Source: Spirochaetia bacterium (GTDB lineage: Bacteria; Spirochaetota; Spirochaetia; DSM-2461). From it: a stretch of DNA of 64,000 bases. The DNA is taken from NCBI GenBank assembly GCA_963668315.1, contig OY764216.1:128001-192000 (forward strand), read 5' to 3'. Within the stretch, counting starts at the first letter, position 1. Each line of letters opens with the position of its first letter. The translations under genes were made by a program, and so were the position numbers. Under the pieces are notes generated by a model. The model was not told the DNA's origin. It made no database searches and saw nothing but the letters and a program-made list of their open reading frames with translations. Positions 10,510-21,535 of this stretch are shown here, piece by piece.

Positions 10510-11711
10510 TTTGACATAATTTTCTGAAATATCGGGTTTTCTACTCAAAAAATCCTCCCTTCTATTAGTGACTTGAAAGAAGGAGGTTCACATTGTCCAA
10601 TCAGATATACTGCCCTAATCCGAAGTGCGTTAATCATCCTCATACATCTGAAAGCAATTCCTGGATACGTAAGAAGGGCTTTGTAAAAACAAAGAGGGAT
10701 GGCATGGTTCAACGTTATCAATGCAAGGACTGTTTATCCACATTCTCTCTATCTTATTTCACAATAGACCATTATGTTCACAAGAAGCTTTCTTATCCCA
10801 CCCTTCTGAACCATCTTGTCAGCGGTTCAGGCATCAGAGATATGGCGCGGGCCATGCATTCCTCCCCCAGTATCATCACGAACCGCATTCAACGTCTGTC
10901 GAAAAGAATAATTTCTGTATGTCCTAAGGAAATCCATGATTTGGAGCTCAGTGAATCGGTGGCCGCCGACGGGTTGGAAAACTTCATTCTCTCCCAGTAT
11001 TTCCCGACCAATGTAAATATCCTGGCAGGGCAACGATCCCAATTTATCTACATATTCAATGCCTATCACTTTAAGCGTAAGGGAGCCTGCACAGAAGAAC
11101 AAAAAAAAAGAAAATCAGAGCTCTATGAGTCAGCCTTGTTTGAGAAGGGAGCTGCCTCCCGGAATTTCAGGGAGATACTTCGCTTCCTTTCGGAAAAATC
11201 AGAAAAATCTTCCTTGCCCTCAGTTATTCTTGATACGGATGAACACCCCATCTATCGCCATCAGTTTGAACAATACGAATTTCTTTCACACAAAATACGC
11301 CACAGAAGGACGAACTCCCGAATAGAACGGAATTACCAAAACAAATTATTCCCCTGTAACTATATAGATAGACAGATAAGAAAGGATTTAGCCGAATATA
11401 TACGGGAGACGGTTCAGTTTGGAAGAAATATGAATAATAGTATGGACAGATTTTCCTGCTACTGCTTCTGGCATAATTTCCTTAAACCTTTTCGAATAAA
11501 TAAAAGGAATAGAAAATACCTTACACATAGTCACGCTGCGGGTTTTACACCGGAAAAAAACAGGGAGATAATTAACGAGGTTTTCCATGGATGCAGAAAA
11601 AAAGAAGAGGATTTTATAGAATATCTTACGGAATTTCAGAAAGCTCACTTGAAGCGAACTCTTCTGAATCCGTTAAACAAAAAAGCGGTCTAGGAACGAA
11701 TTGATGTCAAA
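10510..11711 (+). mobile_element. Putative IS1-family-like insertion sequence (boundaries tentative)
   Basis: AT-rich segment around a transposase-like ORF; imperfect terminal IR TTTGACAT-AATT (10510) versus reverse complement TTTGACATCAATT (ending 11711); no target duplication seen. Confidence 0.5.
10593..11693 (+). CDS. IS1-like transposase (zinc ribbon + HTH + DD(E/D) core) in a single ORF
   Basis: CPNPKC...QRYQCKDC zinc ribbon; GIRDMARAM..SPSIITNRI HTH; VAADG, LDTDE and YIDRQIR acidic motifs; AAGGAGG SD before TTG. Confidence 0.7.
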   Translation: MSNQIYCPNPKCVNHPHTSESNSWIRKKGFVKTKRDGMVQRYQCKDCLSTFSLSYFTIDHYVHKKLSYPTLLNHLVSGSGIRDMARAMHSSPSIITNRIQRLSKRIISVCPKEIHDLELSESVAADGLENFILSQYFPTNVNILAGQRSQFIYIFNAYHFKRKGACTEEQKKRKSELYESALFEKGAASRNFREILRFLSEKSEKSSLPSVILDTDEHPIYRHQFEQYEFLSHKIRHRRTNSRIERNYQNKLFPCNYIDRQIRKDLAEYIRETVQFGRNMNNSMDRFSCYCFWHNFLKPFRINKRNRKYLTHSHAAGFTPEKNREIINEVFHGCRKKEEDFIEYLTEFQKAHLKRTLLNPLNKKAV

Positions 11712-11728
11712 AAATAAGAACATTAAGC

Positions 11729-12091
11729 TCAATATTGCCCCGTAGAAAGCAGCACGAGAGTACAGGCTTCCACCGGTTCTATTCCTTCCCCTTTCAGAAG
11801 TTCCTGAAACTCGGGGTTTTCCGTCCCCGGATTAAAGAGAACACGGCGGGGTTTCAAAGTTTTAACATATTCGTAGTAAGCACTCTGATTCTGAGGACCC
11901 ACATACAGGGTTACCGTATCGACATCTTCCAGCGGCTTCTGCTCTGTGAAAAACTCCACATCCTCTACCTGTCCCGGTTTGAGCGAAAGAGCGTAGACCG
12001 GATATCCGTTCATGCGTAACTTCTGAATCGCCTTGAAGGCGTATCTCTCAGGCTTTGTTGAAGCTCCGATTACAAGTGTATGTTTTTTCAT
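11729..12091 (-). CDS. CoA-binding protein (YccU-like)
   Basis: VIGASTKPERYA, VDTVTLYV, RVLFNPGTEN, EACTLV. Confidence 0.88.
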   Translation of the reverse strand: MKKHTLVIGASTKPERYAFKAIQKLRMNGYPVYALSLKPGQVEDVEFFTEQKPLEDVDTVTLYVGPQNQSAYYEYVKTLKPRRVLFNPGTENPEFQELLKGEGIEPVEACTLVLLSTGQY

Positions 12092-12151
12092 ATATTCAAT
12101 ATACTATAAGAGCACTGAAAATACCAGAAAAATGATTCCTTTCTTTTTCTA

Positions 12152-12180
12152 TTGACGCCTCCCGTTTCATAAAGTAGGAT
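12152..12180 (+). promoter_or_regulatory. Sigma70 promoter, probably giving a leaderless transcript
   Basis: TTGACG-17 nt-TAGGAT, then 6 nt to ATG 12187 with no SD. Confidence 0.65.
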
Positions 12181-12186
12181 CTATCC

Positions 12187-13518
12187 ATGCTTCCGGCGAA
12201 GTTCCGTACGATTCTTTCCCGTTCCCTCCCTGCACATGTGGGAATATATACGGTATTCGGAATCCTCTGGATAACCCTGTCCGACCGTATCCTGCTGGCC
12301 CTCATCCAAAATAGAACCGTCCTGTCCCGAATCCAGACCTACAAGGGCTGGTTTTTCATATTGATAACATCCGCTCTTCTGTACTTTCTCATGGACAGAC
12401 ACAGGAGCGCTCTTAACAAGGAGAAGGAGGAGCAGGAGAAGATTCTCACAACAGTTCCCCTCCCCCTGATCATTTTGGACAAGGGGGGGAAGGTCCTTAT
12501 GGTTAACCCCGCGTTTACCGGGAAATTCGGTTACAGCCGGGAGGATATCCCCGACTCGGAAACCTGGTTCCGTAAGGCCTACCCCGACGTATCCTACAGG
12601 CAGAAAGTCATGGATGAGTGGAACCGGACCCAGACCCAGCCGCAGGAGAGCCTTCCCTCCTCCTATATTTTCACGGTCATGGATAAAAACGGCCATGAGA
12701 AAATTACGGAGTTCATCCTTTTGAAGCGAGTAGACTCTCAGATTATTATCTGCCGGGATCAGACGGAAGCGAAGAAACGCATGGCCGAGACAAGCCAGGA
12801 AGACAAGATGCGGGCCCTGGGGCAGCTGGCGGGGGGAATAGCCCATGATTTCAACAATCAGCTATGCGCCATTATGGGGTTCACCGACCTGCTCTCCTCC
12901 CATATCCCGGAAGGGACCGATGAATATGCCCACCTCAACGCCATCATAGAGGCCTCCTCCACGGCCGCCTCCCTGACCGAGAAGCTTCTCTCCTTTTCAC
13001 GTAAAACGAACATAGAGATGGGCCCGGTCGACATGGCCGTACTCCTGGACGAGATCGTCCATATCGGAGAAAGGACTTTCCCGGCCTCGATACATATCAG
13101 GAAGGACGTGGGAACGGACAAGACGGTCATTCCCGGAAACAGATCCCAGCTCAACAGCATGCTCCTGAATTTGCTCCTGAACGCCCGGGACGCCATGCCG
13201 GACGGAGGGCTGATAACGATAACCCTGACCTCGTCCTGGCATGACGGGGATATGATGAACGGACTTCCCATGGAAAGGGGCATTTATCTTAAACTGACAG
13301 TTTCCGATGAGGGAACGGGCATCGCACCGGAACACATCAGCCACATATTCGAACCCTTCTACACGACAAAGGAGAGGCATAAGGGGAGCGGCATGGGGCT
13401 CGCCATGGTCTACAGCACCCTCCAGTATCACAAAGGGGGGATCCGGGTGGAAAACGGGAAAGGCCGGGGAGCGACTTTTCAACTATTTTTCCCCACAAAT
13501 TTGACTGTCCCCGACTAA
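12187..13518 (+). CDS. Membrane PAS-domain sensor histidine kinase
   Basis: Two N-terminal TM helices, PAS, GQLAGGIAHDFNN H-box, NLLLNARDAM, DEGTGI, FEPFYTTK, GSGMGL. Confidence 0.92.
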   Translation: MLPAKFRTILSRSLPAHVGIYTVFGILWITLSDRILLALIQNRTVLSRIQTYKGWFFILITSALLYFLMDRHRSALNKEKEEQEKILTTVPLPLIILDKGGKVLMVNPAFTGKFGYSREDIPDSETWFRKAYPDVSYRQKVMDEWNRTQTQPQESLPSSYIFTVMDKNGHEKITEFILLKRVDSQIIICRDQTEAKKRMAETSQEDKMRALGQLAGGIAHDFNNQLCAIMGFTDLLSSHIPEGTDEYAHLNAIIEASSTAASLTEKLLSFSRKTNIEMGPVDMAVLLDEIVHIGERTFPASIHIRKDVGTDKTVIPGNRSQLNSMLLNLLLNARDAMPDGGLITITLTSSWHDGDMMNGLPMERGIYLKLTVSDEGTGIAPEHISHIFEPFYTTKERHKGSGMGLAMVYSTLQYHKGGIRVENGKGRGATFQLFFPTNLTVPD

Positions 13519-13535
13519 TGCCTATACTTTAGGAT

Positions 13536-15092
13536 ATGAGGAAGAAGATTCTCCTGATATTCCTAATGCTGCTTACTTTAGAGAGTGTTTTCACCCATGA
13601 TCCGGAGATACATCTGGGAGTCCTCTCCAACCGATCCGACGAGATAACCCTAAACCGCTGGTCAGCCACAGCCGATTACCTCAACGAGAAGATTCCCGGC
13701 TACCGGTTCTCTGTTATTCCTGTCGGCTTCGAGGAAATAGACGAAGCCATCGCCATGAAAAGCATAGACTTCATCCTGGCGAATACGGGCCTTTATGTCG
13801 AATTGGCTTCCCGTTACGACATAAGCCGAATAGTGACCATGAAAAACGACATCCAGGGGCGGAGTTACACATCCTTCGGAGGGGTTTTCTTCACCCGTTC
13901 GGACAGGGACGATATAAAAGAGATCAAGGATATGCGGGGCAAAACGGTAGCCTCCGTGGCACGTACATCCCTGGGGGGCTGGATAGCCCTGTGGAGAGAG
14001 CTGGACGACCGCCATATAAAGCCGGAATCCTATTTCAGTCAGATCGGCTTCCTCGACTCCCATGACGAAGTCGTCTATGCCGTGAGGGACGGGCTTTTCG
14101 ACGGAGGAACAGTCAGAACGGACACCCTGGAATCCATGGCCAATGAGAATCTGATCAATCTGGATGATTACAAACTCATACAGCTGGACAGTACCCCGGT
14201 CAATCGGGAGATTCAGGATTTCCCCTATCTTCTCAGCACGCGCCTCTATCCCGAATGGCCCCTGGCCAAACTCTCCCATGTTCCCAATGAACTGGCCGAG
14301 CAGTTAGCCACCAGCCTTATCGTCATGCCCCCGGACAGCCCTGCCGCCGTTCAGGCCGGTACAAGAGGCTGGACCATCCCTCTGAATTACCAGATTGTTC
14401 ACGACTGCTTCTACCAGCTGAAAATCGGCCCCTATGAAAACTACTCCAAAATAAACCCGGTCGATGTCATCTCGAAATACCTTCTCTGGATCATCTTCAT
14501 CGTCCTGATCATACTGTTCCTCATAAGCACGGTTCTGTATATTTTATCCCTCAACAGGCAGCTGAAGGAATCGGAGAGGAAAATGCGCCAGATGGCCACC
14601 CTCGATCCTCTCACCGAACTGCCGAACAGGCGGTATTTTCAGGATTTCGCAGAGAAAACCCTGGATCTCTGCCGCCGCCGGGGATGCCGTTTCGGGATCT
14701 ACTATATGGATCTGGACCGTTTCAAACCGGTGAATGATCAATACGGCCATGAAACGGGCGATATGCTCCTTCACGAAGTCGGGCAGCGCCTGATCAAACA
14801 GATGAGGAAAAGCGATCTGTGCGCCAGAATAGGCGGAGACGAGTTCGTGGCGCTGATACAGGACGTAAAGCATGATCAGGGATTTGACAAGGTCGCCAGA
14901 CGGATTCTGGAATCCCTGTCCCACCCCTATTTCATCAACGAAAAGGATATAAAGATCGGCGTCAGCATTGGGATAAGTCTGTTCCCGGAGCAGGGAAGAG
15001 ATCTGGAGGCTCTGCTGAAGATGGCGGATGAAGCGCTTTACCATGCCAAAGAACAGGGCAAAGGACGCTACAGAATTTATCGGGAAGGCTGA
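13536..15092 (+). CDS. Diguanylate cyclase with PhnD/SsuA-like extracytoplasmic binding domain
   Basis: Signal peptide, PBP domain, TM helix, DPLTELPNRR, DLDRFKPVND, RKSD I-site, RIGGDEF. Confidence 0.92.
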   Translation: MRKKILLIFLMLLTLESVFTHDPEIHLGVLSNRSDEITLNRWSATADYLNEKIPGYRFSVIPVGFEEIDEAIAMKSIDFILANTGLYVELASRYDISRIVTMKNDIQGRSYTSFGGVFFTRSDRDDIKEIKDMRGKTVASVARTSLGGWIALWRELDDRHIKPESYFSQIGFLDSHDEVVYAVRDGLFDGGTVRTDTLESMANENLINLDDYKLIQLDSTPVNREIQDFPYLLSTRLYPEWPLAKLSHVPNELAEQLATSLIVMPPDSPAAVQAGTRGWTIPLNYQIVHDCFYQLKIGPYENYSKINPVDVISKYLLWIIFIVLIILFLISTVLYILSLNRQLKESERKMRQMATLDPLTELPNRRYFQDFAEKTLDLCRRRGCRFGIYYMDLDRFKPVNDQYGHETGDMLLHEVGQRLIKQMRKSDLCARIGGDEFVALIQDVKHDQGFDKVARRILESLSHPYFINEKDIKIGVSIGISLFPEQGRDLEALLKMADEALYHAKEQGKGRYRIYREG

Positions 15093-15098
15093 AAACCG

Positions 15099-18000
15099 AT
15101 GACGGAAGATTTCCTTAACCTGAATGGTTACGACTTTACCACTCCCGACAGAGAACGTTTCGACAGGAGGGGGCAGCGTATATTCAGACATGCCACCCTT
15201 TCCGGATTGATCATCCACCTGATATTTCTCTCCTTTATCAACAGAAACGGGCTCCTTATCCTCTTGGAATCATTCATCATTCTGCTCTATGCCCTTCTGA
15301 TCATCGTCTTCTACCGGACGGATGAAGCCAGGGACTGGAGAGTCCCCGCAGCGGCGGCCAACTTCATTCCCTTTCTCTCCCTGCTTCTTTCCCATGGCGT
15401 ACTGAAAACCCAATTGCCTAATCAGTACTATATGGACCTGGGCCTTTCCCTGATCATGATAGCCTCCACCCAATTCCTCAACAGGAAGTCCCTTCTCAAG
15501 ACGGTCATCTACCTCGCTCTTTCCGGCTGGTTCATCCTCTCCATAACCCAAGGCGTCATGTTTCTCCGTCTGGCGGAAGGAAATCAGCTTGACCTAACCG
15601 GGAAGAGGCTTGAATTCTTCTACTCCTATCTTTTCCTTACGGTTATGCTGAGTTTGAGCGCGCTGCTTTCCATTCTGAATTATAATTTCTGGGAAAAATT
15701 CCGTCATATAGAGGAGAGGAAAAACACCGTACAGAAACTTCTGACAAGGGAGAGTAAAAGCGGTCTTTTCATTAGCGACAGTAATTTTACATATGTACTG
15801 GGCAATCCCTCCTTCTATCAGATCCTGGAAAGGGAGTACTCCCCGGAGAGTCAAATACTTCGGGATGTGATGGAAAATGTCATCTACCCCCTGGATTTTT
15901 CCCATACCCTGCGAACCGTAAACGAACTGCAAAAGAATAATACCGACGTGCTGCCCTTCGATCTGAGGGTGGGAACGGAGGAGAGTTTCAAATGGATAAG
16001 GGTAGACGGACTCTTTACCTTTGAGGAGGGGAAGAATCCGCTTTTTCTGGGCTCCCTCACCGATATTGATTACCTGAAAAGATCCGAAGAGAAGGCCCGG
16101 TCCGACTCCTCCTCGATTAAAGCCCTGCTCATGGTAGGCCAGATTTACCCCTGGGAGCTGGACCTTTCAAGAGACACATTTCTTCCCCTGGCTTCTCACC
16201 GCAAAGGGGAATCGCCCTTCTCCGACTGTACGCAGCTCTCCTTCCTGAAGCATATAGAATCGGTACACATGGATTTCCGTCCCGTGGTGGAACAGGCCTT
16301 CGATTCCATACGCAGGGGAGAAGATTCAGTCCTGGACGTTGATTATCTCTTCAATTCGGAAGGAACGGAACGCTACGTGTGGCTCAAGGACGTCGGTTTC
16401 CTCTCCCGCCGGGACAAGGAGGGAAATCCCCTGACCATAAGCGGCTATACCATGGACATCGATACGGACCGCAGACGGACCCTGCGTATTGATCAGGCGT
16501 TCCGGGCCAGCGGGTTTATTCCCTGGCAGTGGGACAGGAAGAAGGGGTTTGCCGAGCTGGATGAAGAATACATAGACCTCCTGGGCGTTCCCCTGGACAA
16601 GTTCCCCATCTCCAGGCGGGACTTTTTCATGCGCCTCGTTCACAGCGAGGACAGATCAAAGGTAAGGGACTTCTTCTCCCACCATGTCACCGAAAGCCGT
16701 CAATCCAGCCGTATCGGCATCCCCATCCAGTTCAGAATTCAATTCAAAGGAATGGAAGAGTCCATATGGATTGAGGGAAGAATTGTGGGTGTCCAATACG
16801 ACAGGAACAGCTATCCCCTGTTTGTGGAGGGGATTTTCCGGAATATAACACGGGAGAAGAGAAGAGAACTAAGCCTGGCGGAGGAAAAAAAGGAACGGGA
16901 AGTGGTGGATACGAAAAACAGAATTTTCTCCACCATCAGCCATGAACTTCTTACTCCCATGAACGGTCTGATGGGGACTCTGGACAGTTTCGTGGACACC
17001 GAGCTGGATCATTCACAGAAAGAGCTCCTTGACCGGGCCGGTCTGTCCGCCGACCTCCTTCTGAACAGAATTCATGAACTGCTGGATATATCCGATCTGG
17101 GACACGGGGAAATTGCTCTGACGAAAGATCTGTTCTCCCCGGAGGGACTTCTTAAAGGAATCATAAAGAAACTGAATGAAACGGCCCTCGCCGCCGAAAT
17201 AGATCTGAGTCTGGATATAAAAACACCCCTTCCCTCCCTGCTCAAAGGAGACAGAAAGAGAATCGAGCAGATCATCTCCAACCTTGTAAGGAACGGGATA
17301 AAATTCACGCCGAGGGGAAGAGTCGTCCTTTATGCCGATTCTGAAGAGACAGCCCCCGGTAAAATCGACCTCAAAATATCAGTTAAGGACGACGGTATAG
17401 GAATACCCTCGGAGAAAATCGCCTCGATCTTTGAGCCCTTCAATCAGATTGACAGTTCCTCAGCCCGGAACCGCCAGGGAATCGGTCTGAGTCTGGCCAT
17501 CAACAAACAGCTGGTTGAACTGATGGGGGGAAGCCTGGATGTGACAAGCGCCCTGGGAGAAGGCTCGGTATTTTCCCTGTCCCTTCCTCTCTATAAAGGG
17601 TCGGCCCGGGAAAAGGGAGCCGCCGGAGGCACGTATATTTATCCGGGAAGCAAAGTCCTGATTGTGGATGACAACCCCATGAACAGGGAAATCGCCGCCG
17701 ATCTTCTGGCCATGAGAAAAATAAAAATCGTCACGGCGGCGGGAGGCAGAGAGGGGCTTGATGCCATGGCGGGAGAGTCGCCCGATCTGGTCTTCATGGA
17801 TATCCAGATGCCCGGCATGGATGGCTACGAGACGGTACGTCTTCAGAGGGAACGGGAAGCGGGGGGAGGCAGGATCCCCATAATCGCCCTGACGGCCAAT
17901 GTCACCGACAAGGACAGGGATCTGGCCTATAACGCAGGAATGGACGGCTTTCTGTCCAAACCGATAGACCGCAGGAAAATTGACATCATCCTTAACAAAT

Positions 18001-18419
18001 GGCTCAAGGACTACCGCCTCTCCCTGGAAGAAACGGGAAGTCCCCAACCGGAAACTCTTACGCCCATTCCCGGAATCGCCATGGAAGAAACCCTTGAACG
18101 GTTTTCCGGTGAATACGATATTCTCAAGGAACTTCTAAAGGATTACAGGGAGGACTACGGGGATTTCGGAGCTCAGACAGCCGATCTGATGGAGCGGGAA
18201 GACAAGGAAGGGTTATTTGCCCGCATCCACGCCCTGAAAGGGGTTTCCGGAAGCCTGGGTATTACGGATGTCTATGAGATATCCCGCCGGATGGCCGACG
18301 GGTACCGCGAGACCGCCATGATTTTCGAAGAAGACCTGGCGGCTCTGGAAGGGGCAATGTCCCGTTTTCTCAAGAAGCTCAACTCCTTTTTTGAGGAAGA
18401 AGAGCAGTCTAGAATGTGA
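15099..18419 (+). CDS. Hybrid sensor histidine kinase (TM, PAS repeats, HisKA, HATPase, receiver, Hpt)
   Basis: SHELLTPMNG, NLVRNGIKFT, DDGIGI, IVDDN...FMDIQMPGMDG, IHALKGVSG. Confidence 0.9.
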   Translation: MTEDFLNLNGYDFTTPDRERFDRRGQRIFRHATLSGLIIHLIFLSFINRNGLLILLESFIILLYALLIIVFYRTDEARDWRVPAAAANFIPFLSLLLSHGVLKTQLPNQYYMDLGLSLIMIASTQFLNRKSLLKTVIYLALSGWFILSITQGVMFLRLAEGNQLDLTGKRLEFFYSYLFLTVMLSLSALLSILNYNFWEKFRHIEERKNTVQKLLTRESKSGLFISDSNFTYVLGNPSFYQILEREYSPESQILRDVMENVIYPLDFSHTLRTVNELQKNNTDVLPFDLRVGTEESFKWIRVDGLFTFEEGKNPLFLGSLTDIDYLKRSEEKARSDSSSIKALLMVGQIYPWELDLSRDTFLPLASHRKGESPFSDCTQLSFLKHIESVHMDFRPVVEQAFDSIRRGEDSVLDVDYLFNSEGTERYVWLKDVGFLSRRDKEGNPLTISGYTMDIDTDRRRTLRIDQAFRASGFIPWQWDRKKGFAELDEEYIDLLGVPLDKFPISRRDFFMRLVHSEDRSKVRDFFSHHVTESRQSSRIGIPIQFRIQFKGMEESIWIEGRIVGVQYDRNSYPLFVEGIFRNITREKRRELSLAEEKKEREVVDTKNRIFSTISHELLTPMNGLMGTLDSFVDTELDHSQKELLDRAGLSADLLLNRIHELLDISDLGHGEIALTKDLFSPEGLLKGIIKKLNETALAAEIDLSLDIKTPLPSLLKGDRKRIEQIISNLVRNGIKFTPRGRVVLYADSEETAPGKIDLKISVKDDGIGIPSEKIASIFEPFNQIDSSSARNRQGIGLSLAINKQLVELMGGSLDVTSALGEGSVFSLSLPLYKGSAREKGAAGGTYIYPGSKVLIVDDNPMNREIAADLLAMRKIKIVTAAGGREGLDAMAGESPDLVFMDIQMPGMDGYETVRLQREREAGGGRIPIIALTANVTDKDRDLAYNAGMDGFLSKPIDRRKIDIILNKWLKDYRLSLEETGSPQPETLTPIPGIAMEETLERFSGEYDILKELLKDYREDYGDFGAQTADLMEREDKEGLFARIHALKGVSGSLGITDVYEISRRMADGYRETAMIFEEDLAALEGAMSRFLKKLNSFFEEEEQSRM

Positions 18420-19068
18420 TTCCCAGATTCACGCCGCCTACTGTTCCGCCGTGAATACCATCGTTAAAATCCGCCGGCTTACTTATGGAATTTCCCGCAC
18501 CGTCCTCGTAGGAGTAGCTTCCCCCCTGCAGCCGGCCGCCGAAATAGGGCTCAATATAGAAGCTCAGCTTCTTGTCGTCGCTGAAGATATACTTGCATCC
18601 CACGGTTGCTTCCAGGCCGTAGGCATTGGCCCTGGCAATATAGTCGCTGTCGGTGGTATCATCAATAACGGCATGGGAATACATTCCCGAAAGACCAACA
18701 TAGAAACCGCCCAGCGCATCGGTAAACATCTTGGGGATATGCTTGGAATACTTCCCGATATTCACATCCCGGGCGGCGTCTTTCAGAAGACTGCCCCAGT
18801 AATAGCGCCCGCCTCCGGTAAAATTCAGATAGGAAACCTTGTCATATCCATGAAGTCCCCATAAAAGATCCGGCGTATACTGAAACCCGCCGATGACGGA
18901 GACCGAATCGGTGACTCTCCTCTCATAGGAGATCTTGTACCAGTTGAGAAGAATCATCAGAACATCCACGGAAACGGCATTGCCGGGCTCTTCGCTCCTT
19001 CCCTGCTCTGCGGCCAGAGGGGTTAACAGCATGGCGGCCAGTACCGCTAAAAGAACAGCTTTTTTCAT
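18409..19068 (-). CDS. Putative outer-membrane beta-barrel protein (DUF3575-like)
   Basis: Signal peptide LTPLAA, alternating hydrophobic/aromatic strands, C-terminal Phe (GVNLGITF). Confidence 0.65.
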   Translation of the reverse strand: MKKAVLLAVLAAMLLTPLAAEQGRSEEPGNAVSVDVLMILLNWYKISYERRVTDSVSVIGGFQYTPDLLWGLHGYDKVSYLNFTGGGRYYWGSLLKDAARDVNIGKYSKHIPKMFTDALGGFYVGLSGMYSHAVIDDTTDSDYIARANAYGLEATVGCKYIFSDDKKLSFYIEPYFGGRLQGGSYSYEDGAGNSISKPADFNDGIHGGTVGGVNLGITF

Positions 19069-19231
19069 AAAGTCACCTCGTTTAATAAATGATCAATCTT
19101 TATTCTGGATGTCTCGCCCCTCTTTGAACAGTATATAAAGTACTCTTCTGATTAAGCCTTAAGACACCGTCCCCCCGTGACGAAGGTAACAGCCCGCTTC
19201 CCCGGAAGGGTCGGGAGTGATATAATACCCT

Positions 19232-20083
19232 ATGAAGATAACAATTCTCTGCGATAATGAAACGGACAGTTCCGCCTATCTGACGGAGCATGGGTTTTCC
19301 TGCTGGATAGAAACGAAAGACAGAAAGGAAGATCCGGTTAAGATTCTCTTCGACACGGGAAAGAGCGACATTTTCCTGACCAATGCCGCCCGGAGAGGTA
19401 TTGATGTCAGAGCAAACCGCTATACTGTCATCAGCCACGGACACTATGATCACGGCGGCGGACTGGCCGCGCTTTACAAGGAAGCCCCCCATTCTCATAT
19501 CTACCTGGGTAAAGGAGCCTTTGATGCTCACCTTGAGGGAGAGGAAGGGGAAAAGTATTATTACAGCGAAAAGAATATCGGCCTCTCCCCCAAGCGCCTC
19601 AAGGAGAACAAATCCCATTATACCTTTATAGAAAAAGAGACGATCCTCGAGGAGGGAATCGAGCTTCTCCCCGCCTCTCCCCTGACATATCCCATGCCTC
19701 CCAATGCGGGTCTGTGCGAAGTAGACGGAAAAGGCAGACTGCGGAAGGATTCTTTTGAGCACGAAATCTACCTGACAATCCGGGAAGAGGACGAACTCTA
19801 TCTTTTCACAGGCTGCGCCCACAGAGGCATAGCCAACATAGCCGCCTATGCGGAAACGCGGTATCCCGGACTGGCACGCTATACCGTCATAGGGGGCTTC
19901 CATATAAAAAAAGACCGGGAGGACGGCCAGATCACCCTTTTGAAGGATCTCATCCGGGGAAGGGAGGAAAAATGGCGTTTTCTGACAGGGCACTGCTCGG
20001 GAACGGAGAAGATGAAACTTCTGGAGGAGTCCGTCAGCTCACCCGTTTCCTATACTTTCGCGGGGACCGCTTTCTCTCTCTGA
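19232..20083 (+). CDS. MBL-fold metallo-hydrolase
   Basis: EHGFS, ILFDTG, SHGHYDHGGG, TGCAHRG, GGFH, GHCSG. Confidence 0.9.
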   Translation: MKITILCDNETDSSAYLTEHGFSCWIETKDRKEDPVKILFDTGKSDIFLTNAARRGIDVRANRYTVISHGHYDHGGGLAALYKEAPHSHIYLGKGAFDAHLEGEEGEKYYYSEKNIGLSPKRLKENKSHYTFIEKETILEEGIELLPASPLTYPMPPNAGLCEVDGKGRLRKDSFEHEIYLTIREEDELYLFTGCAHRGIANIAAYAETRYPGLARYTVIGGFHIKKDREDGQITLLKDLIRGREEKWRFLTGHCSGTEKMKLLEESVSSPVSYTFAGTAFSL

Positions 20084-20140
20084 CCGCTCAGTTTTCACTG
20101 CCCGGGAAATTTTACCTTTAGGGACCTTTTGCTTATTTTT

Positions 20141-20159
20141 TACATTAAAGTAAATCTCA
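20141..20159. promoter_or_regulatory. Candidate upstream activator site for the nifH operon (TAC-N6-GTA)
   Basis: TACATTAAAGTAAATCTCA; 16/19 identical to 32397-32415; starts 130 bp upstream of the -24 GG. Confidence 0.55.
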
Positions 20160-20245
20160 CGGCATACATCCCCTCCCGCCGGCGGTATACACCACCGCGG
20201 GAGTTAATATTTTTATTTCCTTTTATATAAATCATTTACCAATAA

Positions 20246-21172
<927 letters not shown>

Positions 21173-21208
21173 GCGTTTGCACCTATTAGGAGAAAGGAGA
21201 GAAAAATT

Positions 21209-21535
21209 ATGGTAATGATCAAATCAGTAGTAAGACCGGAAAAAGTTGATGAAGTTATGGATGCCCTTCTTGAAGCAGGTTTTCCCGCCGTAACAAAAGT
21301 GAGCGTCGTAGGACGGGGCCAGCAGAAAGGTATCAAAGTAGGCGATGTCGTTTACGATGAACTCCCCAAGGAAATGCTGATCAATGTCGTAAAGAAAACA
21401 GATAAGGATATGGTCCTCAAGATCATCATGAAAGCGGCGAAATCCGCCGACGAGGGCAGCTACGGAGACGGAAAAATCTTCATCAGCCCCGTGGAAGAAG
21501 TCTATACCGTAAGAACGGGAGAAGCTGGTCTATGA
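21209..21535 (+). CDS. nifI1: PII-family nitrogenase regulator NifI1
   Basis: VRPEK, GRGQQKG, YDELPK, GDGKIF, YTVRTG; located between nifH and nifD. Confidence 0.92.
   Translation: MVMIKSVVRPEKVDEVMDALLEAGFPAVTKVSVVGRGQQKGIKVGDVVYDELPKEMLINVVKKTDKDMVLKIIMKAAKSADEGSYGDGKIFISPVEEVYTVRTGEAGL

Noticed and set aside
19069..19231. Possible riboswitch upstream of the MBL hydrolase
   Set aside because: No recognisable aptamer consensus, and the -10 sits just before the ATG, leaving no leader.
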